This document shows, piece by piece, positions 22,848 through 36,471 of a DNA stretch of 64,000 nt. This DNA is from Cirrosporium novae-zelandiae (lineage: Eukaryota): the NCBI GenBank assembly GCA_026023565.1, contig JAPETS010000065.1:1-64000 (forward strand), written 5' to 3'. Every line of letters starts with the position of its first letter. Positions within the stretch are counted from its first letter, which is position 1. Under the pieces are notes generated by a model. The model searched no databases. It was not told where the DNA came from and saw only the letters and a list, made by a program, of their open reading frames with translations. The position numbers and the translations under genes were made by a program.

Positions 22848-23391
22848 ATCGGTAATGGTAACCAAGGGGATATTATCTATGGAAAAGTAAAACAATGGAA
22901 TTGTTTCAGATTTCCGTGGAGACGGCCTTCCAGAATCCAATGGATGAGGTCAACAAAGTTATGTGATCGAAGGCAGTGTAGGTATTAAAGGAGGGGTATA
23001 GTATTGCTGTAGGTTAGTATCTCTTGAATAAAATTGCCTACGAAGGCGGATCAAATTTGGAAGATAAACATGGATTGTCGACGAAGGGTGAAAACAAGAT
23101 GATTACAGCCTTGGTATTTAGTTGATCCAAAGCAACGTAACTTACAGTAAACAGAGGAGAGCAAAAGCAAAAAGAGCAAAAGCCCACTTGCTTTGGGCAA
23201 CACACACCGGCACACCGTAAACCGTAAACACGTCAATCTAAACTAAGCCTTATAAAGCATGGACCGTGTCAGGTACCAGCCAATCAATCTTTTCTTTACC
23301 TGTCTCTTCTCCAAAGTAAAAATAGGAATAGGAAATCTCCATCTACCATTTACAATCTACTCAGTAGAATCTTCAACTTTATATTATTATA

Positions 23392-24545
23392 ATGGCTCCC
23401 TGTGAAGGCCATATCGATGCTCATCAGCCTCCTCCAAACTTGATTCGTACTTTGTACAAGACCTATCGGAAATTGAAGCCTGCTGATTATGAGTCTGATG
23501 CCAATATTATTGATCTACAGAAAACCCTAGCAGGGCTAAAAATAATTAGAACAATCCCCAAGGATCAGCTATTGGATATATGCAGTACATTTATAAATAA
23601 TAGTGGCGGCGGGGACAATGGTATTTTGAAAGATTCAAAAAGTTTTGCAGCTTCTGCTTCTGATGTCCATGTCTACGAGCATGAAGCCCTCCCAGGTCAG
23701 CCTCGGGTGTAATCATTTTTCAATCTTTATCAAACTAAACACGGCCAGGCTTGCAAATAATACCGTCCTTTCTTCCTCAAGAAGTTCAACTTGAATTACT
23801 CTCTCGCTTGCTCCACAGGGATCTATCTAATCCTCAGCATCAAACAAACGTTCATATGCATTATAATATGTGGTATCCAGAAGGGGAGCCATCGACTCTC
23901 CTTTCTGAACATTCTGCTGCTTCTTCAAATCTTTCTTTCTTCTCATGTGCTCCGGATAGTGCTCCACTGTTCATTCCCAAGGATACAGTGCATCACAAGC
24001 CCATCAATATTACAGAGTTTTTGGGAAAAAGATTTCGCTGGGTGACTCTTGGGGGGCAATACGACTGGACAAATAAGGTCTATCCTCCCGAAGAGCCTCC
24101 CGCATTCCCAGAAGATATCAAACAACTTCTTCAAAGGTGTTTTCCGGATATGAGGCCGGAAGCTGCCATAGTGAATTCTTATTCTCCAGGGGATACTCTG
24201 AGCATGCACCGAGATGTGAGTGAATATTGTGATCAAGGCCTAATCAGTATCAGCCTTGGTTGTGATGCACTTTTCATCATTGGATATGAATGCGGCGAAG
24301 AGGACAAAAGCGCAGAAGGCCAAACTATCAAGAAACTTGTTATCAGACTGCATTCAGGCGATACGGTATACATGACCAAGAAAGCACGTTTTGCTTGGCA
24401 TGGTGTACCTCGAATTATTCCGAATACATGTCCCCTATGGATGGAGCACTGGCCTGCGAGCATGGGCAGATCAAATTACGAAGCTTGGAGAGGGTGGATG
24501 TCAAACAAGCGAATCAATCTCAACGTTCGCCAAATGAAGGAGTAA
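23392..24545 (+). CDS. AlkB-family 2OG-Fe(II) dioxygenase (ALKBH1/Abh1-like); intron 23696-23748
   Basis: RWVTLGGQYDW, PEAAIVNSYSPGDTLSMHRD (HxD), ISISLGCDALF, RFAWHGVPRI and KRINLNVRQ (RxxxxxR). Confidence 0.92.
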
Positions 24546-24914
24546 TGCATGCTGATCTGCGCGCAATTACAGAGATCCCTCGATGTGCGCAATTCTATTC
24601 GCTCTAGAAAAGTCGATGCGTGGGTTATCGATAAAGATAAAGATAATGATAGTGATAATATAGCCCCACTACTGTATGCATCGAATTTTGAAATCACGAG
24701 AGCTATCTCGACTCCAACAATTAGGAAGCTACATGGAGTGGAAGCCGATAGAGATAAAAGAGGGGCTTCATCCAGAGTTCAAAACAATGGATATGACGAC
24801 ACAAGGGCCTATTTTCGTCTATCCAAATTATCCTCAAAGTTAGCCAGACCATTTCTTGGATCCTAATTATTAAATAAGCCATCACTCATCTACATTCGGT
24901 TTTTAGAGTCCATA

Positions 24915-26983
24915 ATGACAAACGACACTGCGACTTGGCAAGGTCGTGCAAAAGCGAAACGTGAAGCTATTCTACAAGCAATTCCCGAGAAGTGGATATT
25001 AAAGGAACCCATTCCGTCCCCTGAAGAACAGCGCGATGTGACAGGAAAATTTATACATCAATTTCTCAATTCGCATGAAATTGAAATAACTGAGACAGAT
25101 GCTGTAGGGATCGTTGAAAAGACAACTAGTGGAACATGGACAGCTGTGGAAGTGATCGAAGCTTTTGCCCATAGGGCTGCACTTGCTCACCAGTTGGTAG
25201 GTAATACTGGGGGAAATTTCTAATAGAAGGGAGGAAATGCTTAAAGATTTAGGTGCATTGCCTACACGAATTCTTTGTCGATACCGCAGTAGCCGATGCG
25301 AAAAAATTGGATGCATACTTTGCTATGCATAAACGTCCGATAGGCCCTCTTCATGGTCTTCCAATCAGTTTGAAGGACCAGTTTCATATCAAAGGGGTGG
25401 AAACTACTATGGGGTATATTGGCTGGATAGGAACTTTCCAGGGCAAGAAGGGAACCGGAAAAGAGATGGTTTTTGAAAGTGAAATGGTCAGAGAACTACG
25501 AAATCTTGGCGCAATTTTGTATTGTAAGACGAGTGTGCCACACACGCTGATGGTCGGAGAGACGGTCAATCATATTGTTGGGTATACTTTGAATCCTAAG
25601 AATCGACTCCTCAGTTGTGGTGGAAGCTCAGGAGGAGAAGGGGCTTTGATTGGGCTTCGAGGATCTCCCCTGGGATTCGGCACAGACATTGGTGGATCTA
25701 TTAGGATACCAGCCGCGTTTAATGGCTTGTATGGACTCCGGCCATCACATGGACGTATGCCATATGAAGGAATGGCTAATTCCATGGATGGTCAGAATAC
25801 CATTCTGTCCGTGGTAGGGCCTTTGGCCACCACTGCACGCTCACTTAGGCTGGCAGTTAAGTCAGTCTTAAGCCAACAGCCGTGGTTATACGATCCTCTA
25901 GTCAACGAACTTCCTTGGAGGGATGAGATGGAGAAACAGGTAGATCTGATGGCTAGTAAGACCACTGGGCAACTGTCCTTTGGTATTCTGCGAAATGACG
26001 GAGTTGTTACTCCCCACCCCCCAGTTCAGAGAGCTATCGAGGTTGTTGCGAAAACAATTGAGAAATTAGGTCACAAGGTAGACTAAACCATTCATGTTAT
26101 ATTTATATTGCCATCAACTAATTGCTCTAGGTTATTGATTGGAACCCACCTTCCCACAAACATGCCATGGATATAGGAGTAGGTGAAATACGAATATCCT
26201 AATGGGCACAGGCTTACATAGATAGCTCAAAACCTGGATTTATGATGGTGGGAAGGATGTTCATGAAGCAGCTGGGTTGTCTGGGGAACCTCTAGCCCCT
26301 CAGCTATCAATATATGGATCTAAACCGGTAGCTGAAATGGTAGCCAGCGATATTGCAGCGGTAAATATCGAGAAGCGGGAATACCAGAAAGAATATATGG
26401 ATTATTGGAATAGTACAGCAGAAAAGACTGGGACAGGACGGCCTGTGGATGCATATATTTCACCACTTGCGCCTTTTGCAGCAGTGCGACGCAATCGATA
26501 CTCATGGATAGGGTATTCGATCGCGACAAACGTCTTGGATTACAGCTCGTGCGTTTTACCAGTGACGCACGCTGATGAGAAGATTGATGTGGTAAATGAG
26601 GATTTCAAGCCCATGACGGATCTTGACCAGGATATTTGGAAGGATTGTAAGTCCTGTTTTTTTTTCTATCACCTGCCTGATAAAGATAAAGATACTGGAT
26701 GAGAGCTCCAAGGAGAGGACCCACCAGGGCCAAGATAATGTGCGTAGAAGAATTTTGAGGTGGTTATTTCGGCAGATGGTTTTTGCAAATGGTTGCCACT
26801 CAGTTTTATGCGCAGTGGGTTGAGTAAAGTTGAAGTGTAAAGCTAACGGTGTTGGCAGATGATGCGAAGCTTTATGATGGAACGCCGGTGTCCGTTCAGG
26901 TGGTAGGTCGAAGGCTCCAGGAAGAAAAGGTGGTGGCACTGACTGAATATCTTGGTCAGGGGCTTTCAGGGCTGAGAGAATGA
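24915..26983 (+). CDS. Amidase-signature family enzyme (acetamidase/general amidase-like); introns 25197-25252, 26078-26130, 26179-26225, 26647-26858
   Basis: GPLHGLPISLKDQ (catalytic Lys), CGGSSGGEGALI, GTDIGGSIRIPAAFNG (Ser-cisSer), and C-terminal GTPVSVQVVGRRLQEEKVV reconstructed after the last intron. Confidence 0.93.
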
Positions 26984-27392
26984 GACTAAGGCATCTAAAG
27001 GAAGGTGCTAAATACGAGACGGCTAACGTCGAGATTCTGGAGACTGGAACAGCCCTGTTTTTGGGCTGATATAAACTGTGGAAGGAAATGACATTTTTTT
27101 TTATCATGGCTTTTTTTCGGGAATTAGCTTTGATGATATATAAATAAAATTCCATACACGTGTCAAGTGCAGTTAGTTTGTAGATTATGAGCATGGTAGC
27201 ATATGGAGGATGATGAATAGATGATTCAATGAGGAAGGGAACCGAAGAGGCTTGTGCTGGGGGAATATTTTGTTGATTTATTGTGTAGATCATCTCTCGG
27301 ACCAAGGACTCAATCTAGGAGATCTACAAAGGGTAACATCATCAATTAATGGGGCAGGTAACGTAGTCCAGTCTACTATTGATTTATTTTGA

Positions 27393-27475
27393 CAATTGAC
27401 TATTTGATTATTTGACTATTTGACCATTTGACCATTTGACTATTTGACTATTTGACTATTGTTGCTGACATTGAC
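27393..27475 (+). repeat. Octamer tandem repeat (TATTTGAC/CATTTGAC)n
   Basis: ttgactatttgattatttgactatttgaccatttgaccatttgactatttgactatttgactattg is visible directly. Confidence 0.85.
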
Positions 27476-28134
27476 TATACAATGTAATAGAGGACTATTG
27501 AGTATTTCAGTATTTTTGTATTTTTGTATTTTTGTGTATGAACCTCTCCCCTCTCTCCCCTCTCTCCCCTCTCTTCCCTCCCTCCACCCCCCCTTTTTTG
27601 GGATCCCATCAGACTAAGGAATTAAGGGACCATGTACAAAGTAGACTAATAATAATGAACAAACCTTTTTGTCTTTGCCTTGACCGACTGCAAAAAACCA
27701 TTAACAACTAAATTACCCAACCCAACATCAAAATTTGAAAAAAAAAAGAAGAAGAAAAAAGAGGCTTTCTCCATCTTTTCCCCCCCCCCAACTACCAACT
27801 ACCAACTACCAACTACCTAAAGGTTATCATCATCAATAATTATTCCTTCATCCTTCAAATCCCGCCACCCTTTTTAGCTATTTTATTATCATTATTATTA
27901 TTATTCAAAGAATAAAAAAAGGAAAGAAGAAAAAAAGTAGAAACAAAAAAAGAAGAAGAAGAAGAAAAAAAATAAAAAAAATAACTTTCGTCGAATAATG
28001 ATCCCTGTACCTTACCTTAACTGAACCTTTTTGTCGCAAACTCGCCTTTCCTCGCCATCCGCGTCCCTTGCAATTGCAATCTACTTCAACACCCCCCCCC
28101 CCCCTCCGTCATAGTAGGAAACTCCGTACTTGCC

Positions 28135-29971
28135 ATGGCCCATTCTTCAACAATTAATACTGGTTCACCCGCCGAATCGCATACACCTGGCAAGGCTGCT
28201 GCTCCCAAAGATCGTCAATGTAATTACTGTCAACAATGGTTTACCTCTTCTTCACTCGGCCGACATTTAGATCTCTTCATCAAGGAGAGCAATCCCAAGC
28301 TTCCGGATGGGATTCACGATGTCGAGGAAATTCGTCGTCTTCGTCGGGGGATCACTCGTCGTCAGGCTCGCAATTCATCAACTAAACGGGAAAGTACAGT
28401 TTCAAAAGCATCTCCTTCTAGCAATATTGATGGTGTCGATACCCTCTCCCCGAATTTGGCTGATGGCCATTTGCTGAACAAAACTCCTCCAGAGGGATAC
28501 CGTGTATTACTCAACCAGGCCAATTGGCAAGCGACCGGTGTCATCAATGGTCTACCCGGAACCATGGTCCAACGTCCTCTTCCCAATATAGCTCCCAAGA
28601 CTGCACAAGCCAGGAGAACCTCAATGAAGACCGACTTTATGCGAAGACAGGAAAACGATGATGAGGTAGATACCGGTCGCGCAATCGAGCTGGCGCTGAA
28701 GGAACTTTTAGGGAATATCAAGGCTGCCAAGTGAGCTGACCATCATGTTTTTCGTTCTTGATTTCCTACAGGAAGCTAAAAAATTTGACAGTATGCGCTC
28801 AAAACCGCCATCGACACCTTTCACCGCCGCCGATCCTCTCACCATGACATTTCCCGCCTTATGCCTGCAATTTCTTCCCCCACCGCCGACCCTTTTCTCG
28901 ACAGCACCCTTACCCTCCCCTTCCTCGTGGTCGATAGACCCTCCGGGTCCTCCACAACTCGAAGCTCTGACCCGTTGCTTCCACGAAACAATAAACAATT
29001 GGAAGATGTCCCGTCTAGCCTCCATCACACAACCCCAACAACCGACCAAACCAAAACTCAACGGCCGAAGTCCTATGATGGGAAACACCTCGAATCAAAA
29101 TTCCTCCCCAAACCCCATCGAAGTCCAAGCCGTCACCATCGCCGACCAGACACTCACGCATCTCACATCTGCCTTTACACACTGGAAAGCTTTGCCGGAT
29201 GCTGACAAAATCTCCCAGTGGCGTCTGGAACTTGCACGTGCCTTTGCCTCGGCCCGCTCTGCCCGCTCCGAATCCGACGCCCAGCTCGTGCGCGTTCAAC
29301 ATGAGGCAGCGCATCTGCATTGGCAGATTGAACAACTGAACCAGTGTCAATTCCCCAAAGAATTCGTAATGGCACCACCCAGGGAAATGAAAGACCTCCC
29401 AGACGCCGTAGTCGGCAACGGACCAGACTCAAGCGACGTAGATGAGGATGAAACATGGAGTTTCGAAAGCATAGTCGGCCGCTGGAAAGACGTGGTCCAG
29501 AGAGAAAGATTCGCGAGACGAGGACTAGCAAGCCAACGACCGTTACCCCAGCAGCGACCACAATCCCAAGCCCAATCCCAACAGCCACAAACACCCATAC
29601 AACAGCAACAGCAACAAAACTGGGCCAACGGAAACACAGGCTCAAGCACTGACGGCGGAACGCCACGGATGACTACCATGGCAACGGCGACGGCAAACAT
29701 GGGTGGGGAAATAGACGCTGTGGGTGAAGACGATAATTCCGTGATTGGTGGCATACAGCAGCCGCAGGCTATGGTGCAGGATGAGGATAGCATGGTCGTG
29801 GACTCTGGCAACGGATCGACGGAGAGCGGGAATGGCAGTGGTGCTGGTAATGGTAACGGTAACGGCAGTGGTAACAGCAATGGCAGAAATAACAACACTA
29901 GCGGCGAGGAGGTCAGGAGAGGAGAGAAAAGAGATGGATACGGAAACCCCGTCGGGGTCGGCGTGAGGTAA
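28135..29971 (+). CDS. Conserved-looking fungal hypothetical protein with N-terminal CxxC...H zinc-finger-like motif and Q/N/G-rich tail; intron 28731-28791
   Basis: CNYCQQWFTSSSLGRHLDLFIK...PDGIHDVEEIRRLRRGITRRQ, LNQANWQATGVIN, and FPALCLQFLPPPPTLFS. The canonical intron joins the two ORF-track pieces in frame. Confidence 0.82.
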
Positions 29972-29999
29972 GCTAGGAAGTTAGGATGGAATTTGAGAC

Positions 30000-32900
30000 T
30001 GGGATGTTATAGTTAGTTAGCTGGATGAGAGGGGAATCTGTTTTTACGTAGCTAGCCAGCTAGCCAGCCGTTTCGCTATTGGTATTATTGTTCTATTCTA
30101 AGAAGAAGGAAGAGCAATACGGACCGACGGATGGATGGAATAGGATACAATTTTATTTTCTTTGCCTAGCTTATTCTAGGAGCTACAGTACCGAGATGAA
30201 GATGAGGAGATGTGATTATTTTTTGTGTTGCGTGTTTTTTTTTTTATGAACAGATAAACAGAATCAGAGAATCAATCATACCTGGGTTGAGAGTATATTT
30301 TAATTGTTTAATTGTACTTCTTTTTTTCTTTTTTTTGATAGCGTGATTGATATGAGAATAGGGCCTCACGGGAAAGGAGGTGGAGTGAAATAGATGGATG
30401 GAAAAGATGGAGCTGGAGAAAGGAGAGAGGGAGGGGGAGAGAGATGTGGAGTATACGTCTGCATACATTTCCACTTATTCCCACGAGAGAAGATGAAGAT
30501 AGATGGATGGAGAGGGAGATGTGGAGTATACATATCCACTTGTTTATTTCCGCGGGAGAAGATGGATGGAGCTGAAGCTGAAGCTGGAGAGAGAGATATC
30601 CATACACATATCCACTTATTTATTTACTCCCACGGGGGAAGATGAAGATGGATGGATGGGTGGATATCACACTAGACACCAGACACAACACATAAATCGA
30701 AGTGGAAGTGGAAGTCGAGGATATCAGATAGATGGATCCATGGATGAATAGACGAAGGATATATATCTATATCTAAAGATTAAAGATACCAAGGAAGAAA
30801 GGAAGGAAGGATTCAAGATCGAGGTGTGTGATATGATGGGAAGGTGGTGGGACTGGATTGGGTATGGGAAAGGCAATGGCATGGGATAAGTAGGGATGGG
30901 ATAGAAATGGATAGAACTGGAATGTGGCAAGGGCAAGGGAAGAGAAGGAAGGGGGGGGGGGTTATTGACTTATTGTATTACAACTACCTCATATTGCATT
31001 ATCTCACATTGTATTATAATACAGTATATATATAGACTATATCATATCCATATATATCTATATCTATATTACAATATACAATATACAATATACAATAATT
31101 ATCCATACATATCCATACATATCATATCACATCATATTATATCACAGATTATTATTATTATTATTATATATAAAATCATATTATATAAGACTCTCTAACA
31201 AAAAAAAAATTGAAATAAAAATAAAAAATATTATGGTGGAGTGTATCTGTATGCTCATGCTCATGGACTTGTACGTACTTTCAAGTCATAGGAACAGCAA
31301 ACAAACCAAACCCTAAAAGTAATGTCTATAAGCCATAGTAAGTCGTGTACTGATTCAGGGCACTATGTCGATAATAGCAACTAGACGGGGGGGGGGGTGT
31401 AATTTGTAGGTAGTAAGACCCCCTCAACTTATAGAATTAAAGAAAGGTATGAGTAACTACTAATTGATTGATTGGTTGCAAGAAATAGTTCCCTTGGTTG
31501 GGTGTACATAATAAAATAAATAAATCAATAGTCTTTTTGATCGATCCATAGATGGATGGATGGGTGGATAGTTCTATCATTCCATGTATGTCTCTTCAAT
31601 CCTTAGACTCTCGCTGACCCGACCCTTAGACTATAACCCTCTGAAAATGAAATTAAACTAAATTGCTTTTATTAGGGGGGGGGGGTTATACAGAGGTAAG
31701 TGGGCCATGCCCACTTGCTCCACCATAATATATAAACAGAAAAACAGAAAAAAAAAGGAGGGGATTATCTATTTATCATTTACTATATTGTATTGTATTA
31801 TATTGTATTATATATCATATGAAATAGAATGGGATGGGATGGGATGGGATATGGGATGGGGGGGAGAGAGGGAAGATGGAAAGATGTGAATTATGGGTAT
31901 AGGATATAGGAGGGGGGGGGGAGGAAGAAAAAAAAAAAAAAAGCCAGTATTTCATATATTTATCCTTTCCTAAGACTTGGGGGAGAAAGAAAGGAATTAA
32001 GGGGCCAAAGGCCAAAAATAACTAAAGAAAGAAAGGGAAAAGGGAAAAGGGAAAAGGGAACCAAGGAAAGATATCAAAAAAAAAGGTTTGATTTATCAAG
32101 TGGTTATTATTATGTACTGTACTGTACTATACATATCTTCTAACAATTTATCTTATCAAACTTTTTTTTTTTTTTTTTATTATTATTATCCTAGCTTCAA
32201 AACATCTTACATCTATATACATATAATTACACTAATTAATCCCAGTAATAAACAAAAAAAAATATATATATATATATATACCATTCCCCTCTCTCCTCTC
32301 CCTTTCCCCCCCCCCCTTTTTTCTTTTCTTTTCTTTTTTTCGATTCTGCTATAAGCCTTTTACATATATTTATATTTATAATCTCGTAGGCCATAGTTTA
32401 TAGTTTTATAGTTTGTAAGACTGACTTGAAAAAAAAAAAAATGGGGGGGGAGATAAGAGGAGGAGGAGGAGGAGGAGGAGGAGGAGAGGAGAGAGGAACT
32501 AGAGAAAGGGAAGGAAAAGAGAGAAGAAGAAGGTAGGGGGAAAAAAAAAAAGGAAAGGTTTCGGTTTTAAGTATATGTACATATATTTCTAGGAAGTTAT
32601 ATCCAACCTTCTTTTTTTTTTTTGACAAAATACAACATCACCAACCTAATTCCAGTAAAAAAAAAAAATATTAGTATTCCTTCTTCCCCCCTTCTTTTTT
32701 TCTCCCTTCTTTTTTTTTTCGATTCTGCTATTCTGTTATATAACTCATCTATATATCCCATAATTATTTCATACCTTCATATAAACTTGAGGGAAAGAAT
32801 CCAAAAGAAACCAGAGGGAAAAAAAAAGGGAAAAGGGATTCTCGTTTCAAGTGTTGCTTTCTAACAAGTTGAACTGTACGCTTACCTTCTACAAAACATC

Positions 32901-33390
32901 TATGTCACCAGCTACTAGAAGAAGAAGAAGAAGAAGAAAAAAAAGAAAAAAGAAGGGAATGGGATAAACAGTGGTAGACTGCCATGAGTCCCTTGAGAAA
33001 TATAGATATACAAAGCTCTAACTAGATACCTATGTGCCGTAGCTGGGTAGGTGATTCATGCTATAGTATCATATTATACGAACTATATCATACCTGAAAG
33101 TACAGTACACGCGGTATTTTTAGCTGACAATACCCATACTGTATCATGCCTAAAAGTACATGCGGGATTCCCCAGCTGATAATACCAATACCAATACAAT
33201 CAGCCATCACCTTCTCGGAATTGTGTTTTGTTCGCCAACGATCCATATATAGCACTACTTTGGGTATCCATATCCCTCCCTGAACAAAAACAAAACCAAA
33301 TCACATAAACCAAACCCTCCATTATACAACTTTTAGTTTATAATAACACTCTTCCTTACCGTCCTACCCATTCATTATCCACTCATAATA
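30000..33390. repeat. Long low-complexity intergenic region (poly-A/T, poly-G/C, (TA)n, (GGA)n, (GGGAT)n, (GAA)n microsatellites) between convergent genes
   Basis: Directly visible simple repeats. The ORFs here are only low-complexity translations. Confidence 0.8.
30390..30660 (+). repeat. Degenerate tandem repeat, ~3 copies of a 65-80-bp unit
   Basis: Recurring GATGTGGAGTATAC / CCACTT(A/G)TT..CC(A/G)CG.GAGAAGATG / GATGGATGG blocks. CCACTT cores at 30471, 30536 and 30612. Confidence 0.7.
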
Positions 33391-33395
33391 GTCAG

Positions 33396-36300
33396 CTAAC
33401 CAGATCGAGTTGGCAAGTCCCTAAACACCTTCTTGAAGATCTCCCTACTCTTATAGAGATTAGAGATCCGTAGCCTCTCGTTGTCCAGATGCGCACTGTC
33501 ACTTGCCTGACCACACGGTAAATGAGCAGCGGGTGCTCCGAATTCTTTTTCGAGGAAACGGATTGCGGGGATGGAACCGCCTTCTCGGATATAGAGGGGT
33601 TTTCGGATGGTGGAGTGATTGGGATCCGAGACAATGCTATTTGTTAATCGCGTTTGTGCTTGTGCTTGTCCGGCAGGATCAATAGGATCTGATTGGGGTG
33701 AAAGTGGATCTCCACCGTTTGTCAAGGTAGATGATGTTGCTGGGGCAACCTTGGAGTTTCGACGTTGGTGAAGAGGGAAAAATTCTTTGGTGGGCGATTT
33801 TATAGGAGATGTGACATTTCGATGGCCTTGGCCAATCGGGCCCCATGCCTCCATAACTGCATCCTCCAATGTTCTAAAGATTTCGTTTTCTGGATCGCCG
33901 AGCCATGGCTCTGCCCTGTGGTCAATGCGAATCGATAGATGATTCGTACTGTCTAAAAATTCAAATTGCTCTTCTAGATAGGCAATGAGATTTTTGGCTA
34001 CCTCATCTGTATTTTGATTTGGAACAAGTCGAATAGAGAGACTAGCGGTTGCAAGTCTGGGAATAATAGTAGAGTTCTCGGGACCCGATACTTTGAAGCC
34101 ATGGATTGTGAGTGAAGCCTCCCTCCACCTCCGCATCAATGACTGCTTGAGAGTTTCTTCATCACCAAGACCAGGATTTCGTTGAAGAAGAGCAGTCGTA
34201 ATCGCAGTATATCGTGCTTCTTCGGCTTCAGTAAGCGGTAGTATTGGATCATAAAAGTGCGGAATCTTGATCTTGCCGTGGAAACCAGTAAGAGCAGAAA
34301 GAAGCATAACCAGATCTTTGAGAGACTCGTCCAACATAGAGCTTCCATCAACTCCGCTGTGGAGATCTGGATGATCACTCTCCACTTGAATTGTTGCGTG
34401 TATTACTCCACGTAGGCCATATGTCAAACATGGCACTTCGTCGTCAAGCCAATAACTATTAGCCAATAGAATCCAATCAATGTCCCCAATCACCGCTTTG
34501 TTCTCCTGGATCGTTTTCTGAAAGCCTCGAGATCCGCATTCTTCTTCCCCTTCAATGAGAAAGACAATATCACAATTCAACGATTGGGTTGAAACAAGGT
34601 CCATGGCAGCATATAGGGCAGCCAGGATAGGCCCCTTGTTGTCAGAAACTCCTCGGCCGTACAGATAACCATTACGCCCTTCCATCGTAAATGGAGTAGT
34701 TATCCATTTCTGACGTTCGTTTTCGGCAGCAACGACATCATAGTGACCATAGAACAGAATCTTTTTGGCTTTCGAACCGGATATAGAACTAGCATTAAAG
34801 CTTGCGTAAACAACAGGGTTGAGTTGCCCTTCAGTTCGAAGCATCTGAGTGGAAGCCCCGAATTTCTTAAACAGGCCACGAAGGTAGCTTGCGCCTCGAC
34901 GGCATTCTTCAGAGTATTGAGGGGCCGATGATACTGTTCGATAAGAAACAAACTTGGCCAAAGATGCAATAAGCTGCTCTGCAAAATTGTTAGTGCAGAT
35001 ATTATCGATGGGAACCGGAAAACTCACCATTGGTTGCTTCGAGTCTTTTACCCGAGCTGTGCGAACATTCATTGACATCCCATATCGCGACACAGCTGTC
35101 ATTCCCGCCGGATATGTACAAGTTACGGCCGTTATAGGAGGTAAAAGCAGAAGTTAGAATTAAACCATCGTGGCCTGCCCAACGATTGATGCATTGAAAA
35201 CTTTGATCAAATTTCTGACAGGATTAGATTTTCACAAGACGGTGGACAAGAGGCTATGCTTACCCTAATTGCACCGCTTGAGGCGCCACTGAATATCAAA
35301 CCATCGCCCATAGCTAGGGTTAACACATCCGCAGCGTGTGCTTTCACATTGCGGATTAACTGACGAGTTTCCAAATCCCAGATGTTGATTCGGCCTCCTA
35401 ATCGTCCACTATAGAGAAATGATCCATCTGCAGCAAGTGCTAATACGGAATCATCACCGTCTTCAAGAGTGACTTGTTCATGGATCCTGCCCTTGTCATC
35501 TTTGTCCAATGTCCAAATCTTGATGGTGCCATCGCCTCCACCAGATATCAAGGTCTCGCTGCCAAAAAGTTCTTTTGTTGCACCCTTTGCGAGCACCATA
35601 CAATAAACATATCCATAATGCGCATATTGAAGGATATCCTGGTTCGATATTTCCAGTTGTTGTCCACCAAGTGTTCGAAGCTTGGCGTCCTTTTCGTCGA
35701 CAGGAATTGGTGTAACAGTGCCACCGGGACCCTTCGAGTCGAAGAATCTATGGTTGCGAGAAGATGGATGACGGCCTAAGCATGGTCGAGTGCCCTTGGG
35801 GTTCAGATTAACCCACTAAGTGTCATGATTAGCTTGATTGCTATCCTAGTTGGCATGAAGCATCGTGGCTAACCTGTATGCTTGTATTCTGAGCACCGCA
35901 GTAGACTGTTTGTAGATCCGATGAATACACCACACAAAAAACGTCACCTACATCGTACGTGGAGTAGATTTCATACAATCGTTTTAGGGATTTGGTCGAC
36001 CAAACCTATTACGTCAGATACCCCTCATACAAATAGTGCATCCTGAACTTACATTGACAATTGCGTCGCCCGCACTAGAGAATAACAACTCCCCATCTTC
36101 AGAGACATATAAGGAGAGCACACTGAAGCGATGCGCTTGGACAGAATGTAGTAGTTCGTAAGTTTCGAGACTAAAATCCTGTGCGGCGTAAGCACTTGTC
36201 CACCGTTCCAGAGAGATTGAATGCATACCAGAATTTCTCCTCCTTGAGTTCCAGCAAAGATGTGATCCCCGCAAGCTGCTAATGACAAGATGGAATTGTC

Positions 36301-36471
36301 ATGCTTAATTCGGTGGAAAAGAACAGGTGGAGGATTTTGAGGTTGGGGTTTTCGTCTGCCTTCTCGAAGTATTATCGTTCTAGAATTGACTGGAGGAACA
36401 TCTGAGTCCCCATAATCAGTATCGACCAAATCAATGGCATTTTGAGGAAAGGTTAAGGGAGTTTGAGCCAT
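33396..36471 (-). CDS. DUG2: Dug2-like WD40-repeat + M20 metallopeptidase-domain protein (glutathione degradation); introns 36228-36179, 36052-36006, 35873-35816, 35263-35215, 35027-34979
   Basis: N-terminal WD40 repeats (LFSSAGDAIVNVW, LISGGGDGTIKIW, GRINIWD) fused to M20 motifs FYGHYDVV, GRGVSDNKGP, IEGEEE, LANSYWL, DLHSG, IREGGSIP and AHLDNE. This fusion is the Dug2 architecture. Confidence 0.93.

Noticed and set aside
24915..26983. Amidase as a member of the hydantoin cluster
   Set aside because: It lies ~19 kb away, beyond Scp160, Cdk1 and AlkB housekeeping genes. Amidases are common in fungal genomes.
26556..27305. 249-aa minus-strand ORF overlapping the amidase 3' end
   Set aside because: Antisense to the amidase's last intron and exon, non-ATG start, and no recognisable composition or domain.
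30244..32864. Numerous 60-100-aa ORFs
   Set aside because: They are translations of microsatellites and homopolymers (poly-K/F/P/I/Y).
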